Shown here one piece after another: positions 1 to 12,495 of a stretch of 64,000 nucleotides of DNA (position 1 is its first letter; the number at the start of each line of letters is the position of its first letter). Source of the DNA: Chiloscyllium plagiosum (lineage: Eukaryota); the NCBI RefSeq assembly GCF_004010195.1, contig NC_057751.1, forward strand, positions 5,154,199 to 5,218,198, in the 5' to 3' direction. The position numbers and the translations under genes were made by a program. Below the pieces are notes generated by a model that was not told the origin of the DNA, searched no databases, and saw only the letters and a program-made list of their open reading frames with translations.

Positions 1-615
1 GTCAAAACATTTCAAGAAAGTAGCCCAGCCCCTAGCTTTGCTTGTTGTTTTAAGCAGGTGTGTAGTGGATATTCCAGGAGCACTGGCCCAACCACTGTTT
101 TAAACAAAACAGAATTTATTTGCAACACTACCAGATGAAACACAAACAAAGAACAGAATGCAGAATAACTTGACCCATCCGACAACCCAACAGATTATCC
201 CACCTTAAAGATGCTGTTCCAAATACTTGCAACAATCCCCATAAACACCCATTGGCTCAAAAAGGTAAAATCAAACCCAGGGTCTTACAGGAGAGAGAGA
301 GAGAGAGAGGGAAGCCAGCATAGAACACCTTCTGGTTACTTGGGCCAGCTGACTCAAAACTGCCTGCCTGCCTGCTAAAACCCAAACCAAACCAGAGAAA
401 AGCAGAGCTGGGTGAAATGGCCATTCCCCTTTCAGTGTACAAGGGTTGGTTTTTAAACTTGAAAGCCTTTTGCCTGAAGCGGTATCTGTGAGCTAAATTC
501 AAATTGGCCCTAAAACCCTTCAAAACCTGGACCTTTCGGAATCGCTCCTTTTATGATTCCTCTGAAAAAAGAGCCCAGGACAGTGTAACCTTGTTAAAGG
601 AGCAGTGTGGTCACA
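1..615. mobile_element. Solo-LTR-like repeat, cut by window start; same family as 56803-57436
   Basis: Colinear similarity to 56803-57436 (aggtagcccagaccctaactttgc..., aaaccaaaccagag...gctgggagaa, aaccttgttaaaggagcag...tcaca); ends in CA. Confidence 0.65.
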
Positions 616-745
616 GTGTCAATGGGGAGTGCTGAGTGTACACCAAGCTGGTCTCTGTGAGGAAATCAAGGAGTTTCCCGGGCTTGAGGAACAACACATG
701 ACTTGTTTGGATTCATTGTAAAACTCTTCTTCTTTCCTTTGCTAG

Positions 746-842
746 ATGGAAGAACTGGTGGGTGCGAGGAATCCTGACCCTGGCTATGATCAGTTTCTTC
801 TTCCTTATCATCTACCTGGGCCCCATGGTTCTCATGATGATA
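746..842 (+). CDS. CDS2: CDS2 (phosphatidate cytidylyltransferase 2) internal coding exon (equivalent to human exon 3); upstream exons outside window
   Basis: tag|A TGG AAG AAC...; (R)WKNWWVRGILTLAMISFFFLIIYLGPMVLMMI |gtaagt. CDS2-type residues VRG, YLGPMVL rather than CDS1-type. Confidence 0.95.
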
Positions 843-1335
843 GTAAGTTTCAGTGGTGCACTTTACACCCCTGACTCAACGCACACATGCCCTATGTACC
901 TCAACTCATTTCTGCTCAGTGTCAACCAACTCAGAAACCCAACTCAACAGGTCTGCCCACATCTGTGGGGAGAAAAACAACCAGCCTGTGTCTGTCAACT
1001 CGTCTTCCATACAAGAGTCATTGGACTCAGAAAGGTTAACTCACACTCTCTCCCAGCAGATCTGGGGAGTTTCTGCAACACTTTGTTTGGATTTAAGAAC
1101 TCCAGCCTTTGCATTATTTAGCATTTATTTTCTGTTTAGCTCGAGTCAAGTGCCAGTGTACCCATATATGCAGGAAGTCTCCCTTCCCCCCAGAGAAATA
1201 ATGATTGTGGAACTCTCGTGTGTTAATTGATATTTGCTGTCTCACACCCCTTCCTCCACTGCAACTTAAAAAAGGGATTGACATTGCCAGAACATCTTTT
1301 AGGATGACATGCTGAGTCACTGAGCTGCTTTTCAT

Positions 1336-1652
1336 AGAAATCCTACAATCCCTACAGTGTGGAAACAGGCCCTTCGGCCCAACAAGTCCACACCGACCCT
1401 CCAAAGAGTTACCCACCCAGACCCATTCCCCTATCCTATCTTTACCCCTGACTGCACCTCACCTCCACATCCCTAAACACTATGGACAATTTAGCATGGC
1501 CAATTCACCAAACCTGCACATCTTTGGACTGTGGGAAGAAACCGGGGCACCCGGAGGAAACTCTACACAGACAGTCACCCAAGGCTGGAATCGAACCAGG
1601 GTCCCTGGTGCTGTGAGGCAGCAGTGCTAACCACTGAGCCAGCATGCTGCCC
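1336..1652 (-). mobile_element. HE1-type tRNA-derived SINE
   Basis: Reverse complement has tRNA-like head GGGCAGCATGCTGGCTCAGTGGTTAGCACTGC...GGTTCGATTCC and CR1-like tail GGGCCGAAGGGCCTGTTTCCACACTGTAGGGATT; four further copies in window. Confidence 0.85.
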
Positions 1653-2988
1653 CTTTGAACGTCGAGTCTCTGTTGTTATGGATTTACATGCACTTTGCAT
1701 CTGCATGTGTTTGAACACAGCAAAATCCCAGCCCAAACAGCAGTGAGATCGGTGATCTGCTGATGTGCTTTCAAGGGAACTAATTCAGAACTGGATGTGA
1801 GGGAGAGCTTTCTTCAAATATTGCCTTGGGATATTCGGAGAGATTCAAGGATTCACTGAGTGACCGACAGCACCTCCAGCAATGCTGCAGCACTCAGGTG
1901 AAATGTCAGAGGACATTATGTGCTGAAATCAGAGGAGTGCGCCTTGAACCAACAACCTACTCCTACCTGGGAAACAGGCATGAGGTCACTCAGCCAGTAT
2001 TGGGGGTAGGAGGGGGAGTGCTCTGACTGACTGCATAAACAGGTGCCCATACACCAAATCGTCACTCAGTGAATGGTGTCTGGGGCAAGGAATGGGGACT
2101 GATTTCGTCTCTCGCCAACCCAGAGATGATGATGGCACTGAGTATCAGAACAGAGATGTTTAAACATGCTCAGATAGTTTCATTCACCACTGGATTTTTA
2201 CATTGATAGTTAAACTGGGGACGGTTAGGAGTGGACTGAAAGTGTGTATAACACACACACAAACTTATACTGTGAAGACCTTCTATTCAAAAATACTTTG
2301 ACAAAATCTAATCTTCCCAGTTGAAGACGATACTGTCACACAGTCATGTTTTCATCAATAAAACCATTATTTTTTGAAACAAGCCCTACTGACAGGGAAA
2401 AACTGTAAACATTAAAATGTTAGAACATTACATATGCTGAAATAATCAGTGAATATGGTACTTAGAGTTCAATAAAGACTGATCAAACATATTTAAAACT
2501 TTAATAAAATGTGAGTGGAAATGATATTTTGAACAATCACTGAGTTACAGGCAGGTTGTTTGCTGTAGATGGAGGGTATGTATTTTTAAAGTCCAAGCCC
2601 ATGGCAGCAGGAAGGATTTGATCTGATCTTGAGCTTCAGCATAATTATCTCACAGCGACATTTTCCAGCTTTCGAACCAGATTTCAGTGAGCAATCCTGT
2701 GTGCCCAATAATCTGCAATCACAAATTGTCCCACAACTTGACCTCTCAGACTCAAGAGCATTGACAGAGGGATTGAAGGTGTCTGGAAATTTGTGATCTG
2801 AAGATTAGTCCTTCTTCATCTGCTAGCTCCCCTCACTGAGCTTTCAACCCCGTGTAAAATAGTCCCCCATTGTTCAGGAGTGATGAATTTACAATGCAAC
2901 CACAAGGGAACTGCTGCTTATGGCCTTGAATCTAACTTCGATGGTGAAGTCCAGGTCACAGTGTATTGTTCTTCTTTCATTTTCCTAG

Positions 2989-3086
2989 GTTCTCTGTGTG
3001 CAGATCAAATGCTTTCATGAGATTATCCTCATCGGCTACAACGTCTATCATTCCTACCATCTGCCATGGTTCCGGACTCTGAGCTG
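2989..3086 (+). CDS. CDS2: CDS2 coding exon
   Basis: cctag|[32 protein letters not shown](W)|gtgagc; frame continuous with flanking exons. Confidence 0.95.
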
Positions 3087-4608
3087 GTGAGCACATTGAC
3101 GGGCACAGCTGAAGGGACAAAGGCTGAGTGAATCATGCCCGGGCATTGGGAGAAATCCTATGTCACTGTCTGGGGTTTGTTTTAAATCAGAATACCACCC
3201 TCTCTTGCCTCTCCAACTGTGTCACTCGTTGTTAGGAGAAAGCTGACATACCGTTTCATGTGTACAGTTTGGCCTGTAATACAAAATTCACCTCTGGCAC
3301 AGATAATAAGCAGGAGCACACTCATCCATAGGATCATGGCAGTGGAATTGAAATATCACTGCTTCCCAGTCCTCTCAAATCTGAAACAAATTCAGATATC
3401 ACCCCATGTGAGTGGGAGCACTTTCCACCATGTCATCTATTCTTTGTTAATGTCAAAAACAGCCATAAGAGAGTCTCATTGGCGAAAACAAAGTTTCATC
3501 ATTCTACATTTAATGTGCTCGTCTGAATAGAAGACGAATATTCTCACTGTTGTTTTGGCATGTCTTTGCGTTTCTCCTGAACACAGTCCCTCCCCCGAAC
3601 ATGAGAGTCTCGCTACACCACAGCCACCCACAAGGCAAACACTGCAATCTCAGCAAACGCAAACTCAAATCAAGAGCCCCTCAGCCTGAAAACTGAAGCA
3701 AGTCATAGTCTGAGCCCAGTGCAACCACGGATGTGCCATTGAGTGTTTAAAGCCGAGTTATGAGTGAGTTATGATCTGGTGTTCCTATGGTCCTCTGCAC
3801 AGCTCGGGGATTGTGTTGAAGATGAGATTGGATCAGTCAGAGCTGTCAGCTGCTAAACTGCATCCACTTTGCATTGCAAACTTTTAAAAGAATTAACCTT
3901 GTGTTGACAAGGACATGGAGGGACCCACAGAAGGCATATTACGTGAGGTAGTCGTCAAGACTCTGTGCTCCTCAACATATGGTTTCTGATCCTAGTCAAT
4001 TACCATGCTCCAAATGTTGTTTCTGAGTAAGTGGTGATAGCAGCTTATATTTGAATAATTAAGTCCCAAAGTGTTACTTTCCAGTATTTCACTTTGAGCT
4101 TCATGTGGTGGTATTGGGACAGGTGGTAAAAAACAATACTGAAGGGGTAGGCTCCAAGGAATGGTTAAAATCAGGACACAGAATGAAAGAGAGAGAGAGA
4201 GACAGACAGACACACAGGTGGGGAGGCTTTAAGGAGTGAAGTCCTGAGCTGGGGACTGAGGTGGCCAAAGATACAGCAACCACTGACTGAGATGGAAATG
4301 GTGAGGTGATGGGGGGGTGCACTAAATACCAGAACTGTAGGAGCACAGAACTCTTAAAGCTGGAGGAGTTTAGGAGGTGACAGAAATGGGACTTTGGAGT
4401 GGGCTGGTGTGGAGCAGAGGGACCTATTGTGAGCAATGTCTAAACATGGTAAGATTGCAACTTTCACAGACCAGAGGCAAACACAGGTTATTGAAGGAGA
4501 GGCCCCTAATGGTTCACACAAGCTAATACCTTCCTGAACTGGAAGTGTTTGATTTACCCTGCTTGCAGAGTTTTGAGATAAAATGTCTGACCCTGTTTTC
4601 TCTCGAAG

Positions 4609-4748
4609 GTATTTCTTGCTGTGTGCTAACTACTTCTTCTATGGGGAGACAGTAACAGATACGTTTTTCGCCCTGGTTCAGAGAGAGGAGCCCTTGCGGA
4701 TCTTGAGCAAATACCATCGCTTCATCTCATTTGCTCTTTACCTGGCAG
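4609..4748 (+). CDS. CDS2: CDS2 coding exon
   Basis: gaag|YFLLCANYFFYGETVTDTFFALVQREEPLRILSKYHRFISFALYLA(G)|gtactg. Confidence 0.95.
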
Positions 4749-5418
4749 GTACTGTTGCTGAGTTGTCCCAGTGGACCTGACACGATCTGTGAAAATAATA
4801 ACACATACTCCCTCAGTCAGCGGTGAACTCTGTGTCAAATGCCAGCACTCTTTCTGTCTGACTGAGCTCATGGGATTTGGCGGGTTAGACTCTTCAATAT
4901 TTTACAAATGAAAAGTCAAATAATGTATCAGACAGGCATTGAGTCAGTGTGACAGGAAGGAAATGCCCACTGTGGACAAGCTGTTAGATTCAGAGAATTA
5001 GAGAAATTCATGTCTGTGTCACTCACCAGACTTGGTGTTGTCAACATTTTGTAAATACAGCCAAACGCAGAGGCAGAGAAATATGTTCAGCTATTGAACT
5101 GGAAGTTCAAATTGACAAGAGCTTACCAATGTGGGCTGCAGTTGTACAGCAAGTCCTTGAACAGTGCTGTGAACAAGCCAGGTCAGACAGTATGGTGTCA
5201 GGCTCTCAGGGAGAAAGGACATACAAGTTCCACTTCATGTTATACGTGGAGATCCATTATCAGAACACAGTCTTTTCCGTGGCATTTATCCAAGCTGTCA
5301 AGAGTCACCCTGATTGGAAACGTGAGCTTGTTTTCTCTCCCTGGATGCTGCCTGATCGGTTGTGGTCTTTCGTATGTTGTGTTTTTGACAGACAGTGACT
5401 TTGTTGTTTTGTTTGTAG

Positions 5419-5477
5419 GATTCTGCATGTTTGTCCTGAGCCTGGTGAAGAAACATTACAGACTGCAGTTCTACATG
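5419..5477 (+). CDS. CDS2: CDS2 coding exon
   Basis: gtag|FCMFVLSLVKKHYRLQFYM|gtatgt. Confidence 0.95.
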
Positions 5478-5971
5478 GTATGTCAAGCCCTGATGTTCAC
5501 AGGGACACCCACTCTGCATTTACAGTGCCACTTGCTCTCGCTCCTGGGCCACCATCCCAATCCACTGACTGGGTTTGTTTTGGTCAGCACCTTGGACACA
5601 CCTGAAGCTGAGGCAGAACTGCAAAGTTCTGTGGGGGTTAGGGAACGATGGGGAGGAGAGCCAGCTCACTGTATTGTGTTCTTCCTGCTGCAGCCGAACG
5701 TGAGAGGGATGGAGGGAGGGAGGGAGGGAGGGAAGGAAGGAGATGGCAGTGCCTTCACTGTTGGGTGCTGGCTGGGTGTCTGGTTGATCTCACTCTCTTT
5801 GCTGCCTACTGTGTGATACCTGTTGTCCACTGCTGAATAGACATGTGTAAACCATGGAAAGCCCAGTTCTGCTCAGTCCTCAATGGTCTCGATTCCCTTG
5901 GATAGATGTGTTGGCACTCTGGTGTGTGGATCCTGAGTGTTTCCATTTTTGTGTTCTTTCTTCCTTTCCAG

Positions 5972-6054
5972 TTTGGATGGACCCATGTGACCTTGCTGAT
6001 TGTAGTTACCCAGTCTCACCTGATCATCCACAACCTCTTTGACGGAATGATTTG
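5972..6054 (+). CDS. CDS2: CDS2 coding exon
   Basis: ccag|[27 protein letters not shown](W)|gtaagt. Confidence 0.95.
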
Positions 6055-6851
6055 GTAAGTGACTGCCCAGTGCTTGCTTCCATCACGCAGGGCTGTACAA
6101 AACTTGGGCCAGTTTTGTATTTGTCTTTTCAGCCAGTCTGACCTTGCCCTGCCAGAGGGTGTGTTGACAGCAGCTTTCTCCAGCTCTGGGATGTGCCCGT
6201 CAGCATTCAGGAGAAAGCTGCAGTTGTTGAGGCTGAGCTGAGTGTTTCAGTGACTGAGGGCTGCCCCTTGCGTCTACCTCTGTGAGATGTTAGATCAGGC
6301 ATCCCCTTATACAGTGACACGAGACTCATGGGTTCTCATCCTTGGGAACTGGATCTCACAGAGATCCCTGTTTCAAGGCAAGGTCATAAAGTTGGGACAA
6401 TGTTCCCATTTGATGCCAAAATGGCTTTCCAAGGTTGAGTCAGATCGTTATGTTCAAGCATGTCTCTTCCCAACACCCAGAGAACATTCCAGTGACTCGA
6501 TGCTGAAGAACAAATGGAGCATCTCTCAAGCCTCAGAGACAGAAAGTTGGTCTAACCCTGTCCCACTCGGCAGGTTCTTATACAAATACCATGCCTCCAA
6601 ATCAGCCCTGGTTCTGTCTTACTGTGCATCCTGAACTTGAATCAATTTGGGTCATTTGAGCTGTTAACTTTAGATAGTTCCCTGGCAAGCCCAACCCATA
6701 TGTGTGAATACCTTGCTGAGTAACGTAGTCCTGGGTACCTGCAGGTTATACATGAACAGCCAGGGACCCACCTTCACAGAGTGCTGTCACATTGAGAATA
6801 CACTTCCCAGCTGCTGCTGTCCCTGGCTTCATGTGACTAGGATTCCATGTA

Positions 6852-7085
6852 CAGAGGAACCCCGATTATCACGCACTCAATTCACCCAATTTCAGATTCT
6901 CTGAACAAGATCGCAAGGTCCCGATACTTGGCTAACTATGTTGTCTGGCATTTGATTCACTGAATTTTGGATTATCTGAACAAAATGTTAAAGTCCCAAT
7001 GCTTGGCTGACTATGTTATCTGGCATTCAATTATCTGAATGGAATACTCCCTGCCTGTGTCCTTTAGGTAATTGAGGTTCCTCTG
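6852..7085. mobile_element. MITE / non-autonomous Tc1-mariner/pogo-type DNA transposon
   Basis: TA|CAGAGGAACCCCGATTATC ... GGTAATTGAGGTTCCTCTG|TA: 19-bp imperfect TIRs (16/19), TA duplication, internal ~80-bp tandem duplication. Confidence 0.8.
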
Positions 7086-7173
7086 TAGTTTAAAGGTTGC
7101 GGATTTCTGAGTGGTCTCTTACTTTGTCTGGCGCATGCTGTTTGATCGTTGCTCCCTCTGTTTTGTTTCTCAG

Positions 7174-7261
7174 GTTCATTGTTCCAATTTCTTGTGTGAT
7201 TTGCAATGATATCATGGCCTACATGTTTGGATTCTTCTTTGGTCGAACTCCCCTCATCAAG
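7174..7261 (+). CDS. CDS2: CDS2 coding exon
   Basis: tcag|[29 protein letters not shown]|gtcagt. Confidence 0.95.
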
Positions 7262-8344
7262 GTCAGTGACTAGATAAACACACATGACCTCATGTTGCAG
7301 AGATTAAAATCAATCCCACCCCAGAGAAGCAGCAATCTCAGTCAGTCCCAGTTTGTACTGACCTGGTGAGCTCTGTCTGCTGTTTACCGTGGGTGGAAGT
7401 GGAGACAAAGTGTGGGGTCAAGGCAGCTTCAGACTGCACTTCCTCCCTTGCAGCTGGTTGGACTTGCTGCTGGGACGACAGGGAAAGGCGCTCAGAAGTT
7501 CCCCTCTCCCACGTGCACTCAATGTTGACCTTTGAACCCAGTGTGGAAGTCACACATGTTACTGTGGAACTGGGCAAAGGGTGCTGATTATTGTGCTAAC
7601 GTGTTCCACAAGCAATTCCAAATGGGCAAGTACCCACGTTAAACCATCCCGGTGACTGGTTCACCTGACAGACGGGCACTCAGGACCTGCGTCCACAACG
7701 GGTCTCATCACTGGACAGAAAATAGCTGGACTTTTACACTTGACCCTGACAAATGGCAGAGCAAAGAAAGGACATGAGAAATCCTATCAGGCAACTTTGA
7801 TGATATCCCTTCAAACATCCCAAATACACACACACACACACACACACAATGAAGACAGAGAGTTTGACCCAGGTACTGTGGATGGGAAAGGAATACAGAT
7901 AGGAGAAACAAAATGTATATCAAAAATCTATATTTCATCCCCATGGGTGAAATAGTCTCTGACAGTCTTTGATTTGTTTTTAGCACTGATGATGACATCC
8001 TGTTTGCTATCGGCTGCTGGTCACTCTTAGATCCAGCAGTAATCAGGTGGACCTCAGTCATTTCTTGTTTGAAGTCTTTTAGCTTTTGTGCTGCAGAGAT
8101 TGGGTCAACAGGAGGTTGGGGGGAAGGGGGTGAAGAGGGAGATGGATGCTTCCTGTTTGTAGGCTGTAGGTTATTTCCCTCTGTGCTTTCCCTGACCCTT
8201 ACAGCTTCATCCACCCATCGGAGGGCTTGTCGTCAGGCAGAATGTGCTGAACGCCAAATTCTCCCACTCGCTGCTTCAAAAAGCAGCACCTCAAAAATAT
8301 CCAGCACTTTCACTGCAAGTTGCAGAACCCTCCCAGTCTGCCCC

Positions 8345-8800
8345 ATCGCAAATTCACCTGCACCTCCACACACATCATTTACTGCATCCGNNNNNNNNNN
8401 NNNNNNNNNNNNNNNNNNNNNNNNNNNNNNNNNNNNNNNNNNNNNNNNNNNNNNNNNNNNNNNNNNNNNNNNNNNNNNNNNNNNNNNNNNNNNNNNNNNT
8501 GCACCGCCTTCTTGACCTGCAATCTTCTTCCTGACCTCTTTGCCCACACCCCCTCTCCGGCCTATCATCCTCACCCTCACCTCCTTCCACCTATCGTATT
8601 CCCAGCACCCCTCCCCCAAATTCCCTCCCACATACCCTTTATCTCAGCCCCCCGGCACACCAGCCTCATTCCTGAAGAAGGGCTTATGCCCGAAACATCG
8701 ATTCTCCTGCTCCTCGGATGCTGCCTGGCCTGCTGTGTTTTTCCAGCACCACATTTTTCAACTCTAGTCTCCAGCATCTGCAGTCCTCACTTTCTCCCAG
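8345..8800 (+). mobile_element. Penelope-like element 3' fragment (GIY-YIG remnant + hammerhead-bearing terminal repeat), interrupted by gap
   Basis: Encodes HRKFTCTSTHIIYCI, the start of a PLE GIY-YIG endonuclease domain; CTGAAGA-A-GGGC-TTAT-GCCC-GAAA at 8672-8695. Confidence 0.75.
8391..8499. other. Assembly gap
   Basis: Run of N. Confidence 1.
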
Positions 8801-9057
8801 TTATATAACAGTCCAACTTCCACTTCAGTTTGTCATCCCAGTGGTAAACATGTCTGGGCTGTGACATACTTTCACCCACTGATGCACTGATATGTGGGGT
8901 TCCAGGGACAGGTAGGGAGCAGCTCTCGGTCAGATGTTCTTCAGAGGGTCAGCACGGATGTGATGGGCTGAATGGCCTGCTTTCATGCTGTAGGGATTCT
9001 ATAATTCTGTGATTCCACTGTCGCTTGATCAAAATTGGAGATGGATAAGTCTTTTTG

Positions 9058-9290
9058 ATGCATTCATGGGATGGGGCACCACTGGCTAGACCAGCATTTC
9101 CCAGTTAGCCAGAGGGCAGTTCAGAGTCAACCACATTGGCTGTGAGTCTGGAGTCACATGTGGGCCAGACCAGGGAAGGATGGCAGTTTCCTTCCCGAAA
9201 AGTGAACCAGATGGGTTTTTCCCAACAACCAACAATGGATTCCTGGTTATTGGGAGACTCTTAATTCCAGACTTAGTGAATTCAAATTCA
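9058..9290 (-). mobile_element. Dispersed SINE-like repeat, family unassigned; related copies ~31810-32120 and ~48130-48260
   Basis: Shared block caaccacattg...ctggagtcacatg...ggatggcag..ttcc..aaaggac/gaaccaga in three places. Confidence 0.6.
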
Positions 9291-10579
9291 ATTGCAGATG
9301 CAAAAGGGATAGTGCTTTCTTGCTGTGTCAGCCGAGAATATAAATTCTTCACAACAGGTTAACAAATGGGAACCCTGAGGTGGGATCCAACAAAGTGCAA
9401 GGCTTTCCAGATCAGTGTAACTAAAGGCAGAACATGGAGGTGAACAAAACACAAAACGCAGCCAGGCTGAGTATAAAGCGTACGGAGGTGAAAGCCACAT
9501 CGCAACTTAAGACAGAAAGCTCCGATTCCCTCTCTCCAGAAATCAAACTGAATAAACTCAGGAGAGTGGACAGAGCTGATCGCCCTTGAGAGACTCACCA
9601 TTTCACACAGTGGTTGAGACACAATGTTTCAGGGGAAGCTATAAGGGACAGTGAGGACATGAAGGGTCATTGTTTAACGATCAGGGATCGCCCACTTAAA
9701 AACAGGCGGTGTGGAATACAATCCTGAGAGGATTGAAAGGCTTTGGGACTCTGTCAACAACAAGGTACTGGGAGCAGAATCCTGGACTGTTTTCAAGGCA
9801 AGAATGAATCAATTCTTGTGATGCACGGAGGGTGAACGGGATAGGCAGGAAAATAGATTTGAGGTGGCAGTCTGATCAGCCGTCAGTGGTGGAGCAGGAC
9901 CAGGAGTGAAATGGCCTCTTCCTGCTCCTGATGCGTGGGACAAAGGAATATCAGGATATGGTGCTTGGGATTATCTGACTAAAGGTAGGTGCTGTGTCAT
10001 GTCGGGCAGCTGTGCTGGCAGGACTTAGCGGAGAGAAGTTAAGCACCTGAATTCTTTCTGTGTTGAGGTGAGGTGGCTGAGAGACCAGCCTGAAGTCTGG
10101 GAGATCATCATGGAATGGATTACAGAGCTACAAGTGTGGGACCGAAATTGAAATTGCTCCCAGCCAATTTCAAGCCTAATACTGGGAAGCATATCAATAG
10201 TCCCTCTGAAAAAGGACTCTGGGGTATGGAAGAGCCATTGGATCCTGTTCAATAGGGAATCAGAGGGGGTTCCAGAAGGTGGAATGTGTCTTGAGTTCTG
10301 TACTCCTTCTCCATTGAATTCAGGTTCAGCCTGGCTCAGATCAAGACCGAAGTGGGTGTGGAGGGAGACAGAGGAAACAGCCTTGTCCCTAACCAGTCAA
10401 TTACACATTAGGATCACCTTGGGTTTTGTGGCAGTCACTTCAGAGAGTCATTCAGTCAAAACAAGGCCCTTTGGCCCATCAAGTCATACCCTCCCCTTAC
10501 AAGCACCACTTTCCCACATATGGCCCACAGCCTTGAGTTCAAGTTGAACTTTATGTTGCAAAGCAGTTTCTGGTAAAAC

Positions 10580-10882
10580 CGTTAAAAATCACCCAACTCC
10601 AGATGATAGTCCAACAGGTTTATTTGGAAGCACTAGCTTTCAGAGTGCTGAATTTATAGCAAAAGGTCCCAATGTACATTGGTATATCATATATCAATAT
10701 ATCATTTCTATTGCATGACACTGTGATCTTTTGCTATAAATTCAGTGTCCTATGATTCTGTCCCACAGCCACCTGATGAAGGAGCTAGTGTGCTTCCAAT
10801 TAAACCTGTTGGACTGTAACCTGGCGTTGGGTGATTTTTACCTTTGTACACCCCAGTCCAACACCGGCATCTCCAAATCATG
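10580..10882 (+). mobile_element. Penelope-like repeat (second family) with inverted arms; hammerhead core partly deleted
   Basis: ~10580-10650 is the reverse complement of ~10785-10840; CTGATGAAGGAGC at 10773 lacks the rest of stem II and GAAA; homologous to 43027-43167. Confidence 0.7.
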
Positions 10883-10998
10883 GTTAGACAGTGAAATTTT
10901 AAAGAACAATCCCAAAACAATAGGACTGACAGCAACCTTTACAATGCTCTGGCATCGCAAAAAAGATCTGAATGTCTTTCATATCTGTGTTTTTACAG

Positions 10999-11067
10999 TT
11001 GTCCCCGAAGAAGACCTGGGAAGGATTTATCGGAGGATTCTTTTCCACCGTTCTGTTTGGTCTTGTG
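10999..11067 (+). CDS. CDS2: CDS2 coding exon
   Basis: acag|[23 protein letters not shown]|gtgaga; SPKKTWEG is the cytidylyltransferase family motif. Confidence 0.95.
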
Positions 11068-12006
11068 GTGAGAATTCAGTAAAACACTGGCTTGTACAGA
11101 GTCAGACCAAAAAGCATGGAGCCACCATCATTTCTCTACACAGCTGTGACTCTTTCAGCTGCTCCTGTTTTTAAAACCAGGAATGGTCTTCCTTAAACCC
11201 GGTGGTCAGCAGAAACAACGTGTTAAATGCCAGAACGAACTCAAATAGGTTTTGGAAGTTGCGAAGAAGGTGGTTTCTTCCCTGAATTTCCACCTTTGAT
11301 TTTGCGAGGCCTGGACAGGAGTCACGTGCTGTGCAAGAGGCAGTTTGCTTTGTGTGAGAGGGAGAGCTGGGTGCTTGGGAAGAGGACCAGGAAAGGGTTA
11401 GAACGAGGGAATTCGCTACAATTGTAGCTGGAGTGGGAGATACTGCTGAAGCTGGGGGTCATTCCTAGCAGAGAGAAATCATTCACTGGAGCTTGAACAG
11501 ATTCAAGTGAAGCAAGGAATTTGCTGGGATAAGTCGGAGAAACTAGGGCCAATCGCAGCGAACCTATGGCCGGAGAGTCAGAGGGAATGGAGAGAATCTC
11601 AGTGATGTCTGAAAAGACAACAGAGGCCCAATTCAGTAGGAACTATCCAAAGGCTTTTGGCCTAATGCATGAAAACATCTGCGGGAGAGGAGCCCATTGG
11701 TTAGCTCCTGTACGAGCCGCACGGGCACCGTGGGCTGAATGGCCTCACACAGTCCATCACTGCCGTGATTGTGAGGAGCCTTTTCTGGGTTGGCCGCACA
11801 GTGTAGTGGACCACCGGCCAGCTCTGTCACAGCTTGCAATCACATGACCAAGAGCAGTGGTTGCAGGGTTACAGAGAGTAGAGGTGCAGGCCTGGGGCAT
11901 AAACGGGGTTGTGTCACAAGCTGGGACAGCACTTGGCAGCACCGAGTACAGCCAGCACTCTTGGAAAGTGTCTGTTCTCAGTCTGGGTTGTGTTTGTATT
12001 TTGCAG

Positions 12007-12159
12007 CTCTCCTACGTGATGTCGGGGTACAAGTACTTTGTCTGTCCATTTGAGTTCAACAATGATGCCAACAGTTTCACCGTGGACTGTGAGCCATCAG
12101 AACTATTCCAGCTGCAGGATTACAGCATCCCCTGTCTGGCCCAGACCATTTTAGGCTCG
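12007..12159 (+). CDS. CDS2: CDS2 coding exon
   Basis: gcag|LSYVMSGYKYFVCPFEFNNDANSFTVDCEPSELFQLQDYSIPCLAQTILGS|gtatgt. Confidence 0.95.
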
Positions 12160-12375
12160 GTATGTCATCAGCAACCTCTCGCGAGTAAAGGTTTGAGAGC
12201 TGTTTTTGTTTTTGCTGTAGACGGGCTGGGCAGTCAGAGCACTGAAAGGGCAAAATGGAACAGGCTGAATGTGTGTGGCTGAAGATCAGGGCCAGACACA
12301 GCCCCTCAAAGCTCGAATTTTCCAACTACCAAAAAAACAGTGAGCTGATTTCTGCTTCTTCTTCCATGGCTGCAG

Positions 12376-12495
12376 GAGAGTATCCGGCTCTATCCATTCC
12401 AGATTCACAGCATCGCCCTTTCCACCTTCGCTTCTCTCATCAGCCCCTTTGGAGGATTCTTTGCCAGCGGCTTCAAGAGAGCATTCAAAATCAAG
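12376..12495 (+). CDS. CDS2: CDS2 coding exon
   Basis: gcag|[40 protein letters not shown]|gtattt. Confidence 0.95.

Noticed and set aside
5094..5816. 240-aa ORF
   Set aside because: Only 5419-5477 is a CDS2 exon; the rest is intronic read-through with no recognisable homology.
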